From: an uncultured delta proteobacterium
GTDB lineage: Bacteria > Desulfobacterota > Zymogenia > Zymogenales > Zymogenaceae
Length of the DNA stretch: 64,000 nt
Direction of reading: 5' to 3'
Assembly (NCBI GenBank): GCA_963735595.1
Contig: CAVTLK010000005.1
Coordinates: 1 to 64,000 of the forward strand
The notes below the pieces were generated by a model, which worked only from the letters and a program-made list of their open reading frames with translations, searched no databases and was not told the origin of the DNA. Position 1 is the first letter of the stretch, and each line of letters starts with the position of its first letter. Below are positions 27,797-36,641 of this stretch, piece after piece. The position numbers were made by a program, and so were the translations under genes.

Positions 27797-28918
27797 TCAC
27801 ACGCTGATGATGTGTTTGTCCAGTGTGGTAATCTTCCGGCACCCGTCGGCCGTGACCACGTAGCAGTCCTCCACACCGATGAGGGTCGTTTCGTACGGTT
27901 CCCACGCCTCGATCTCGAAGACCATGTTCTGTTCGAAAGGACGGTCAAGCACCGACAGAGGCCCGAACAGGTGCTGTTCCTCGCACTCCAGGCCGATGCT
28001 GTGCCCGACCGCAAAGGTCATGCCCTGCTGCCTCTTTGACAGGTAGAAGGCGCTGGCCTCGGCGTTGAGCTCCTTGATGTTCACCCCGGGCTTGACGCGC
28101 TGTTCGTAGTATTCCTGCAGCATGATGAGCCGGTCGATGCTTTCGGCTGCCCCCCTGGGAACTGGCCCCAGGACAACGTGCCGGTTCACGTCCGCGACGT
28201 ACCCCTGGTAGACCGCGCCGAAGTCAAACCGCGCGATATCGCCCTTCTTAAGCACCGTCCCGACGCCGGGGGCTTCCGGGTCCGAATCGCCGATGGAGAG
28301 CGTCAGGTGATCCCAGACCTCGGCCCCTTCGTCGATCATGGTCTTGCGCGCGAGCTTCAGGAAATCGTTGTCGGTCATCCCTTCTTTTGCGGCCTTCATG
28401 CAGGCCGTGATGGCCTTTTCTGTAATCCGCGTAGCTATTTCAATCCGGCGTATTTCCTCGTCGGTCTTAACCAGGCGCATATCCAAAAGGACGTCGTCGG
28501 CCGTCACGATCTCGGGGGACGTCTTTTGCCGCAGGAGGTGGTCGAGGATATACTTGGGCGCCAGCGACTCCATACCGATCCGTTTGCCTTCCATGCCCCA
28601 TTTCTTGATCTTGGCCGTAATTGCGCGGCAGGTCTCTTTAAGCCCGATGGTTCCCCGGTGATCGGCGATCCAGGAGAACCGGTCCACGCTCTGGAAGAGC
28701 GCCCAGTTAAACAGGGCACAGTCGCCGTCCCGGTTAACCATCGCGACGGTGGGGTACTGGTTGCTCAGCGCAAAGAGAATCGGGTTGGGGCTCGCGTGCA
28801 GCGTCGGCATCCCGCTGGCATAAAATACGTTTACGGGGCTGGTTACGATCAGGATATCCAGGTCTCGCTTGTCCAGGATTTCCCTGATCCGGGGGCGGCT
28901 AAAACCGATCGGGTTCAT
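27797..28918 (-). CDS. M24 (Xaa-Pro peptidase/creatinase fold) hydrolase
   Basis: RLVKTDEEI, DFGAVYQGYVADVNR, GHSIGLE, FEIE, IGVED. Confidence 0.85.
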   Translation of the reverse strand: MNPIGFSRPRIREILDKRDLDILIVTSPVNVFYASGMPTLHASPNPILFALSNQYPTVAMVNRDGDCALFNWALFQSVDRFSWIADHRGTIGLKETCRAITAKIKKWGMEGKRIGMESLAPKYILDHLLRQKTSPEIVTADDVLLDMRLVKTDEEIRRIEIATRITEKAITACMKAAKEGMTDNDFLKLARKTMIDEGAEVWDHLTLSIGDSDPEAPGVGTVLKKGDIARFDFGAVYQGYVADVNRHVVLGPVPRGAAESIDRLIMLQEYYEQRVKPGVNIKELNAEASAFYLSKRQQGMTFAVGHSIGLECEEQHLFGPLSVLDRPFEQNMVFEIEAWEPYETTLIGVEDCYVVTADGCRKITTLDKHIISV

Positions 28919-30578
28919 ACGCTTCACCTCGGGGAGTTGTTTGTTGACGGGGATATGGTCGGCCAGCGCCTCCAGGATGCTTTTCGTGCCCTCCGTATTT
29001 GCCACCGCCGAAAGGTCATCCCTGCTGGCGGCCTTGCCCGTCTCTGCCGAGAGATAGCCCATCAGCACGGCGGCGATGGCGCTCTTGGCCTGTTCGGGGG
29101 TGAACTCTGGGCTCTTTGCCTTCCAGGATACATTGAGCGAAGTACTCGTCCTCATTGCGTGCCGAGATATTGTAGTAGAGGGGAAACGGGGCGTGTTCGA
29201 TCTCGGGCTCGAACCACTGGTTCTTGTTTTCCCCCATGTCGTCATGGCTCGAAAAGATACGGACCGGCCTGTCCCACATGTGGTTTTCCAGGATAGTCCC
29301 CTTGGTCCCGTGGATCTCCATGCTGTTGAAGGGCGGCGTCATCTGGGTAAAGCTGACGACGACCTCGCCGACGGCGCCCCCGAAAAACCGGAGCATCGAT
29401 AGGGCGTTGTCCTCTGCCTTTTCGGGGAGGTTGGTCGCCTGCTTGGCAAGCAGCGCCGTGACGGACTCGACCTCGTCTTCCAGCACCCACTGGAGGGTCG
29501 CAAACTTGTGGGCGCCCATGTCCATGAACGACCCGCCCCCGGCCCTGATGGGGTCGCCCTTCCAGAAGTCGGGCGTGGTCATGCCCTCGATCTCGTTGAC
29601 CCCCTCGTAGGCCCTCACCAACAGGACGTCGCCGACCAGCCCCTTTTTGATCGCGTCATGCACATACTGGTGGGCCGGAAGGAAGCGGTGGTTCTCCGCG
29701 ATCATGAGCTTCACCCCGGCCTTTTTGGCCGCCTGGATCATCCGGTCGCAGTCTTCCAGCGTCGTAGCCATCGGCTTTTCGCACAGGATGTGTTTCTTGG
29801 CGGCGGCTACTTTTGATACGATGTCCGCATGGTACACGTGCGGCACCATGATGAGGACCGCCTCGATGTCGCTCTTCAGGAATTCACCCAGGTCGCCGAA
29901 GGCCTCCATGGTGTTGACCTTGTAGCGCTTGGCGACCTTCTCGGCAAGCTTCTGGTTCTTGTCGTATACCGCTACGAATTGAAGGTAGGGCGAGCCGGCG
30001 CACGCGGCGCTGTGAAAGCCCCACGCGCTGCCCGCGCCGATCACCCCGAACTTGACGCGTCTCGTGCCCCGGGCGGTTGTGCCCTTGCCCCGGGGACCGT
30101 CGGATACGGCGCGGGCCGCGGCATACGGAGAGCCGGCCGGGGCGATATCCAGCTCCGAGAATACCAACTCGACCAGCGCCCCGAACTTTATGGCGTCGGG
30201 CAGGTTCCCGTCGATTTTAAATTGGCCGTTCATGTAAGCGGCCGTCGCATCGGCTTGGCCGGTAAAGATACCCGCAGCAAGCGGCGCTTCCATCTCCAGG
30301 GTGATATCCGGGCTCTGAACCTCTCCCTGGCCCATCTCGAACGTCTGGTCCCGGATGACCAGATAGACGGGGCCGTAACTTCCGAGGTTGAACTGGAACT
30401 TCCGGTTGAACCCGTCGACCTCGTCCCTGGTTTCATCCAGGTCGTTGGCGACCTGGGTAAAGAGCGTGAAGTAGTCCTGAAGGTCGTTTGCGCCGAAGGT
30501 CCCGGCCTCGAGCTTCTCCACGACTGCCTGCCTCAACGACTCATCAATTTTCTGCGTTGCGTCTGCCTTCCATCCCAT
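28919..30578 (-). CDS. SCP2 sterol-binding domain fused to Gfo/Idh/MocA oxidoreductase (frameshift at ~29105; 3' boundary uncertain)
   Basis: N-terminal PDITLEM....AYMNGQFKIDGNL (SCP2); GVIGAG, HILCEKPMA, GGGSFMDMGAH. Confidence 0.85.
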
Positions 30579-30674
30579 GATTGGGTATACCTCCCTCTTT
30601 TTCCGCTGTCTGGCGGTCTGTCAAGAACGCACATCATAATCCGACGGAACGCCATCCGGGTGCGGTTGGAAACC

Positions 30675-31802
30675 TCATACGGGTAGTATCTCGCGGGGAA
30701 GCGCGGTAAGCCGCATCGGGGCTCTTTCGGTGATGAGATAGGTCTCCTCATCGCCGACCTCGACGCCTTCCCGGTAGTTCGTGTAGAGCTCGACATTGAT
30801 GACCATGCCGGGGGCAAGGGTAAGGTCGCTGCCCCGGTAGAGCCATCGTTCCTCGGTTTCGAGCCCAATGGAGTGGCCCACGGTGATGACGAACGGATCA
30901 AGCCCGTTTTTCTGATACAGTGCAACGGCCGAATCGTGCAGCCGCGCCCCCGTCGCGCCAGGGACGAGCATTGCGCCGATTTCGTCGACGATGCCGCACA
31001 TCGTTGCGTGAAGCCGGGACAGATCGTCCGGCACGGCCCCCGTATAGACGTGCCTGCGGATATCGGAGGCCCAGCCGTAATAGCGCGCCCCGATGTCGAT
31101 AGCGACGAGGCTCTCCCTGTCGAGTATTTCCTCGATGGAGACCTCGGGGTTCGAGGTGCCGAAAGAGATGGTCGTATGGCCGATACCGGTGGCGCCGTTT
31201 TTGATCATCCGGTACTTGGCCTCCTGGATGAGCTGGGGTCGGCTGATGCCGGGCCTGATGATGCCCGCGAGCTCCGTGAAGGTAGCCTCCGCGACGGCCG
31301 TGCTCTGCTTGATCATCTCGATCTCTTCTGCGGACTTGATGAGCCTTTGAGACCCTATGATATCGTCGATCACGCTGATACTCTTTGGCCGGGCCGTTTC
31401 CTCGATGAGCCGGACGGCAAACCAGGGGCAGGCCGATTCGACGCCGACGGTCTTCCCGGCAAGGTTAGAGGCCGCGATAAAGTTCTTCAAGACCTCGATT
31501 GCGCCGGCGCAGTCCAGGTAGACCTCCGTACGGTCAACGGCAAACTCCACCCCCCCCAGTATGGCGCCGACCCAGCAAAAAAGGGTCACGCGGCCGTCGG
31601 CCTCGATGAAACAAAAGAAAGGAAACTGGTTTTGCAGCGCGAAAAGGATCGGGTTGCCGCCGGACGGGACGCATGGATAGCCGGTGGTGTAGAGGACGTT
31701 CTCGGGTGTCGAAAGGAGGATCGCGTCGATTCCCCTATCTTTCATGAGTGCCGTGAAACGGGACCTGTCAAATCCAGTAGTCCGGAAACGCGCGGGTATC
31801 AT
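30675..31802 (-). CDS. Second M24-family hydrolase
   Basis: RLIKSAEEIE, DIGARYYGWASDIRR, GHSIGLE, INVE, GDEETY. Confidence 0.85.
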   Translation of the reverse strand: MIPARFRTTGFDRSRFTALMKDRGIDAILLSTPENVLYTTGYPCVPSGGNPILFALQNQFPFFCFIEADGRVTLFCWVGAILGGVEFAVDRTEVYLDCAGAIEVLKNFIAASNLAGKTVGVESACPWFAVRLIEETARPKSISVIDDIIGSQRLIKSAEEIEMIKQSTAVAEATFTELAGIIRPGISRPQLIQEAKYRMIKNGATGIGHTTISFGTSNPEVSIEEILDRESLVAIDIGARYYGWASDIRRHVYTGAVPDDLSRLHATMCGIVDEIGAMLVPGATGARLHDSAVALYQKNGLDPFVITVGHSIGLETEERWLYRGSDLTLAPGMVINVELYTNYREGVEVGDEETYLITERAPMRLTALPREILPV

Positions 31803-31852
31803 GGGCAATCCCCCTGTTCGTTTATATATAGCGGTTCCGGGAGAATTGGCTA

Positions 31853-31892
31853 ATTGGTAATACCAATATCGTACTTCTGGGCCGGTTGTCAA
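31853..31892 (-). promoter_or_regulatory. Operon promoter with FadR-type operator
   Basis: Palindrome ATTGGTAATACCAAT (31853-31867); minus-strand TTGACA at 31887-31892. Confidence 0.7.
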
Positions 31893-32147
31893 GAAAAAAA
31901 CGATGCAGGATTGGTATCCATCGTATTTCAGCTTTCCCCGTGCAGGGTTGCAGAAATGCCCCGGTATTGGCAGCCATTTGGAAGCCATAGGCACGACGCG
32001 GCAGTTATCGCACGGAGGTACGGGGGGGGATACCCGAGAGGGGGGGGGATTGGTCCGCCGTTACAGAACGATCCGCGGAACTGCCTGCAGACGGGAGAAG
32101 GTTATTTAGCGGTGCCGGCGGAGAACCGCCCGGGCAGGGGCGATCGG

Positions 32148-32891
32148 CTAGCGGTCTATCAGGAGTATCAGCACCTTTCCCGGGCCGTGGATCCCCCTGA
32201 CGGCGGTGAGCGCGATGTCCGCCGTCATGCTGGGGCCCGTTACAAAAGCGAGTGCGGGCGGCCTCGCTTGAGACCGGGATCGGCCATCGGATTCGGTTGG
32301 CTGCTTCCCGAAATCGGAGGCCCGCTTTTCGGCATATAATCCCTGATCTGTCAGGAGCGACCAGAAGTGATGGGTATCGGTGACGATGTCGCGCACCGGA
32401 AGAAGGACGACGTGCGCAAACGGTGCATGTGAGATCAGACGGGAATAGCCGTCGCCCAGCGCGAGGACGACTGTCCCGGTCTCCGCGACGCCGGCCAGCG
32501 CCCCGGTAACGCCCACGTCAGAGTCAAAGCTCGATTCCCGATGGGAAGCGGGATCGCTTCCCTGGACGGATACGCGAAGGCCGGCCGCCTCTAGCGCCTC
32601 CTTGATATCCGATTGCGCCACGACCCGCTCGGCCGACAGAAGCGCCGACGAAAACCCGAGCTCCTTCATAAACCCGACGGCCTCGTCCCCGGCCTTCTTC
32701 GCATCGGGAATCCTCTTAACGATCGCCCCCGCGAACACCGCGCGGTCCGAGAAGTCCTTCACCAGGGTCTCAATATCGACCGACGGGCGGGCCTGGGGTT
32801 TACCCGTATCCCGGGCCCGGGCAGCGGAACGCGGGGCCGACTCCTTTAGCCTTTTGAGTATCGCCTCTCTGGACGCGCGGATTTCACTCAT
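32148..32891 (-). CDS. lutC: Lactate utilization protein C (LUD domain)
   Basis: GVTGA.AGVAETGT, FVTGPSMTADI......GIHGP. Confidence 0.85.
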   Translation of the reverse strand: MSEIRASREAILKRLKESAPRSAARARDTGKPQARPSVDIETLVKDFSDRAVFAGAIVKRIPDAKKAGDEAVGFMKELGFSSALLSAERVVAQSDIKEALEAAGLRVSVQGSDPASHRESSFDSDVGVTGALAGVAETGTVVLALGDGYSRLISHAPFAHVVLLPVRDIVTDTHHFWSLLTDQGLYAEKRASDFGKQPTESDGRSRSQARPPALAFVTGPSMTADIALTAVRGIHGPGKVLILLIDR

Positions 32892-34329
32892 TTTTCTTCC
32901 CCATGGCGTTTTCAATACTCTTCCACCGGTCGCGGAAGGGTACCCGGGCGGGAAGCGGAAGGTCCCTGTCTTTCGTAAAACCACCGGCCCACATTGGGAG
33001 CCACCGTATCCTGCCGTCCCTGCTGAACGGCAGCAGCGCCCATCGCATGAGCTTCGTTTGAAGTCGGAAACGCCGCTCGTCCCGCAAGATCCACGCCCAT
33101 AACGAATGCACGATCCGCTCGGTTACTGGAGGCCTCTTCGCTCCGAACCGGGCCTCCCCGGCCGCGCGTTTCTCCCTGAACTTTAGGAAGAGCGCGGGGT
33201 GGTCGATTCCCGCCGGGCAGACTTCGCGGCATTTCCCGCAGAGCGTACACGCAAAATAGAGGTCACTGGCCCGGTCGAGCCCCAAAAAGAGCGGGTTGAG
33301 CAGCGCGCCGATCGGGCCGGAATAGACCCATCCGTAGGCATATCCCCCCACCGTGCCCCATACCGGGCAGGTGTTGAGGCAGGCCCCGCACTTGATGCAC
33401 TGGAGGACTTCCCTCACGTCGGGGTCCTCATATATCCGGCTTCGCCCGGCATCGACGATGACCACGATAAGCTCACCCGGGCCGTCGATATCTCCGGCCT
33501 GTCTCGGCCGATCGATGAACGAGACGTAACTCGAGATAGCCTGGCCGGTGCAGCTTCTGGTGAGGACCTTGAGCATGGACAGGGCATCGTCCATGGTCGG
33601 TACGATTTTCTCGATGCCCATAACGACCAGATGGGTCGCGGGGGCCGACGTCGTGAATCGTATATTGCCCTCGTTCTCGACAAGGATCAGGGTCCCGGTC
33701 TCGGCGACCGCCATATTTGCCCCGGTGATACCCATTCCGGCGCGCTTGAATTTGTCCCTCAGGAACGCGCGCGCCTGCATTGCCAATTCGTTCAGGTCAA
33801 CCGTCCTCCCGGTGCCCATGACGCGCACGAAAAGGTCCGCGATCTCGTCGATGGACATATTGAGGGCCGGCCCCACGATATGGAACGGCGTGCGACGCGC
33901 CTGCTGCACGATGAATTCACCCAGGTCTGTCTCATAGACGTCGACGCCGGATTGGATAAGCGCCTCGTTGAGCCCCATCTCCTCGGACAGCATGGACTTA
34001 CCCTTGGTGACGGTTGTGACGCCGCGCTTTCGCGCAAGGCCGACGACGATCTCGCGCGCCTGTTCATAGTCCGCGGCCCAGAAGACGATGCCGCCGTTCT
34101 TGATAACATTACGCTCGAATTGTTCGAGGTAGGCCGGGAGATTTTTTATTGCCTGTTTTCGAATATCGCGGGCCCGGGCCAGCGCCGCGTCCGGGTCTTT
34201 CAGGGTGGAAAATGAGTAGTCCCGCAGGGCGGTGAAGATAATGCGGAGGCGGTTGAGAATATCCCGCTGGGCGGCGTTCCGGATGCCCAAGGCCGCCTTT
34301 GCGCGGAAGCGTTCCACCTCGATCTTCAT
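32884..34329 (-). CDS. lutB: Lactate utilization protein B (Fe-S)
   Basis: KGKSMLSEE, ETDLGEFIVQ, ENEGN, CIKCGACLNTCPV, CTLCGKCREVCP. Confidence 0.92.
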   Translation of the reverse strand: MKIEVERFRAKAALGIRNAAQRDILNRLRIIFTALRDYSFSTLKDPDAALARARDIRKQAIKNLPAYLEQFERNVIKNGGIVFWAADYEQAREIVVGLARKRGVTTVTKGKSMLSEEMGLNEALIQSGVDVYETDLGEFIVQQARRTPFHIVGPALNMSIDEIADLFVRVMGTGRTVDLNELAMQARAFLRDKFKRAGMGITGANMAVAETGTLILVENEGNIRFTTSAPATHLVVMGIEKIVPTMDDALSMLKVLTRSCTGQAISSYVSFIDRPRQAGDIDGPGELIVVIVDAGRSRIYEDPDVREVLQCIKCGACLNTCPVWGTVGGYAYGWVYSGPIGALLNPLFLGLDRASDLYFACTLCGKCREVCPAGIDHPALFLKFREKRAAGEARFGAKRPPVTERIVHSLWAWILRDERRFRLQTKLMRWALLPFSRDGRIRWLPMWAGGFTKDRDLPLPARVPFRDRWKSIENAMGKKNE

Positions 34330-35057
34330 TGCCCGCCTCCCGTCCCCGCAAGGATCTGTGCGGTATGGAGGACCGTAAGCGCAAGCCCCCTTCGCTGTAC
34401 GAACCCCCTGAGATTGAGGATGCACCCCGGCTCGCCGAGGACAAGGCATTCGGCGCCGCTGGCGATAGCTTTATCCACCTTTTCGGCCGCCATCGCCGTG
34501 GAGATGTCAGGATAGAGCGTCGAGAACTCCCCGCCAAAGCCGCAGCAGACGTTATCTTCGGCGAGCGGGACGAGCTCTATACCGGCGACGTTCGAAAGAA
34601 GGGTCAGCGGGCTCTTGGAAACGCCGAGCCCGCGGGAGAGATGACAGGAGTGATGATACGCCACCTTGTGGGGATAGGCGGCCCCGGGGTCGGAGAAACC
34701 CATGACGGTGACGAGGAATTCCGAAAGCTCGAATACCCGCTCGGATAACAGGCGGGCGCGCCGGCCTGTCTCGCCGTCGGGCAGGAGCAAGGGGTAGTGC
34801 TTTTTGACGGTGTGGACGCACGAGCCGGAGGGGGCCACGACGTAGTCGGCCTCGGAAAAGATATCTATAAAACGCCGGGCGATATCACGCGCCTCGCGCG
34901 TCCTCCCGGCGTTGATAAGCGGCTGGCCGCAGCAGGTCTGGCGGGGATCGTAGCCGACGTCGGCCCCCGATCGGGAAAGGAGGAGCGCCGCCGCCTCACC
35001 GATCTCCGGGAGGAACTGATCGACCAGACAGGGGATAAAGAGGGACACCTTCTTCAT
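34326..35057 (-). CDS. lutA: Lactate utilization protein A (CCG)
   Basis: LFIPCLVDQ, QTCCGQP, PSGSC, YHHSCH, CCGFGG. Confidence 0.92.
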   Translation of the reverse strand: MKKVSLFIPCLVDQFLPEIGEAAALLLSRSGADVGYDPRQTCCGQPLINAGRTREARDIARRFIDIFSEADYVVAPSGSCVHTVKKHYPLLLPDGETGRRARLLSERVFELSEFLVTVMGFSDPGAAYPHKVAYHHSCHLSRGLGVSKSPLTLLSNVAGIELVPLAEDNVCCGFGGEFSTLYPDISTAMAAEKVDKAIASGAECLVLGEPGCILNLRGFVQRRGLALTVLHTAQILAGTGGGQ

Positions 35058-35377
35058 CGCACAGCCCTACGCCCCGTCTCGTAATCATATCCGCCTTTAG
35101 CCTCCCGGTACCATGGTCCGGCGGGTTGTCGGGGCGTCCAGTATTGCCAGTATTGCCTGTATTGTTGTATACGCAACCGAAGTACAAAAGTATCGCGGAA
35201 CGAGACCGGGTGTCAAGGAAAATAGTCCCGGCGAAGAAGAGGGTGCCGGCCGATCCTCCCGGCAGCATAGTATCATTGACCCCGGTTCATTATTATTATA
35301 TTATGTTCTTACGTATCAAACGCCCGCTTTGTCGGGGAGTATCGCATGGACGCTCGATCGGCGGGAGGCCGCCGATT

Positions 35378-36604
35378 ATGCGAGACGTTACCAAGAGGTA
35401 TGCCGTGAAATCAATCTATTTCGATGTAAACGTCCCAAAAATCCTTATAACAAAGGCGCTGGCGGGGTTGATTCCGTTTATCTACTATTCGCCGCTGTCT
35501 CCCGTCGGTTTCAGTGATATCCCGGAGCAGAAGCTGCCCGGCAAGAACTGGGTACGGGTCAAATCGGTCATGACCGGCATCTGCGGGGCCGACATCGCGA
35601 TGTTTTTTGTCAAGGCAAGTCCCGGGATCTCGATCGCGGCGCTGCCCGGCGTCCCCCGGGCCTTCATGGGCCACGAGGTGGTGGGACGGATCGTCGAAAA
35701 GGGCGCGGGAGCAACCGGTCTTGCCCTGGGTGACCGCGTTATCCTGCAGCGCTACCTGCCCTGCTGCTCCACCAAGGAGATCACGCCGCCCTGCCGCCCG
35801 TGCAAAGAGGGTAACTACACCCTCTGCGAGAACTTCTCCGAGGGGACGCTGCCGCCCAACCTCGGCGCGGGGTTTTCCGAGCATTTCCTGGCCCACAAGA
35901 CGCAGCTCGTGAAGGTGCCGGACGATATCTCGGACGATCAGGCCGTGCTCGTCGAGCCGACGGCCGTCTCGCTCCATGCGGTGCTCAGCAGGCTGCCCCG
36001 AAACGGCGAAAAGGTGCTCGTCATCGGCGCCGGGACCATCGGCCTGGGGGTTATCCAGATCGCGAAGGCGCTGGGAAAGAGCTTCACCCTTTACGCCCTC
36101 GAAAAGATTCCTTTCAAAAAGAAGCTCGCGAAAAAGTATGGTGCCGACTACGTGCTTGACGGAGATCCGTATAAGGCCGTAGCCGCGGCCACGGGCGCCA
36201 GGCTCTATCGCGGGCCGCTCGGCAACAACACGATGCTGGGGGGATTTGACCTGATCTATGACTGCGTTGGTTACTCCGCCACCATCCACGATTCGCTGAG
36301 GTGGCTCGCGGCCCGGGGCGACTATATCATGATCGGAAACCAGCTCTCTCCCGTATCCTTTGACCAGACCCCGGTCTGGCAGCAGGAACTGACGATGAAG
36401 GGGATCAACGCCCACGGGTCGGAGACCTATCAGGGCAAGCGGATCAGCTCATTTGACCTGGCAATCGAGTTGATCAGGAAAAAGAAGATCAGGGTCGACC
36501 ATCTCATTACCCACCGGTTCCCGTTCGCCGACTACCAGGAGGCCTTCAAGCTGGCCAAGGAGAAATCGAGCGAGGTAATAAAGGTCGTGCTGAAGATATC
36601 GTAG
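35378..36604 (+). CDS. Zn-dependent alcohol dehydrogenase (MDR); start may be the GTG at 35405
   Basis: GICGAD, GHEVVG, structural Cys cluster, GAGTIG. Confidence 0.88.
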   Translation: MRDVTKRYAVKSIYFDVNVPKILITKALAGLIPFIYYSPLSPVGFSDIPEQKLPGKNWVRVKSVMTGICGADIAMFFVKASPGISIAALPGVPRAFMGHEVVGRIVEKGAGATGLALGDRVILQRYLPCCSTKEITPPCRPCKEGNYTLCENFSEGTLPPNLGAGFSEHFLAHKTQLVKVPDDISDDQAVLVEPTAVSLHAVLSRLPRNGEKVLVIGAGTIGLGVIQIAKALGKSFTLYALEKIPFKKKLAKKYGADYVLDGDPYKAVAAATGARLYRGPLGNNTMLGGFDLIYDCVGYSATIHDSLRWLAARGDYIMIGNQLSPVSFDQTPVWQQELTMKGINAHGSETYQGKRISSFDLAIELIRKKKIRVDHLITHRFPFADYQEAFKLAKEKSSEVIKVVLKIS

Positions 36605-36641
36605 CGGGCGTTTTTGTTTTCTCTGATCAGGGGGAATCACC

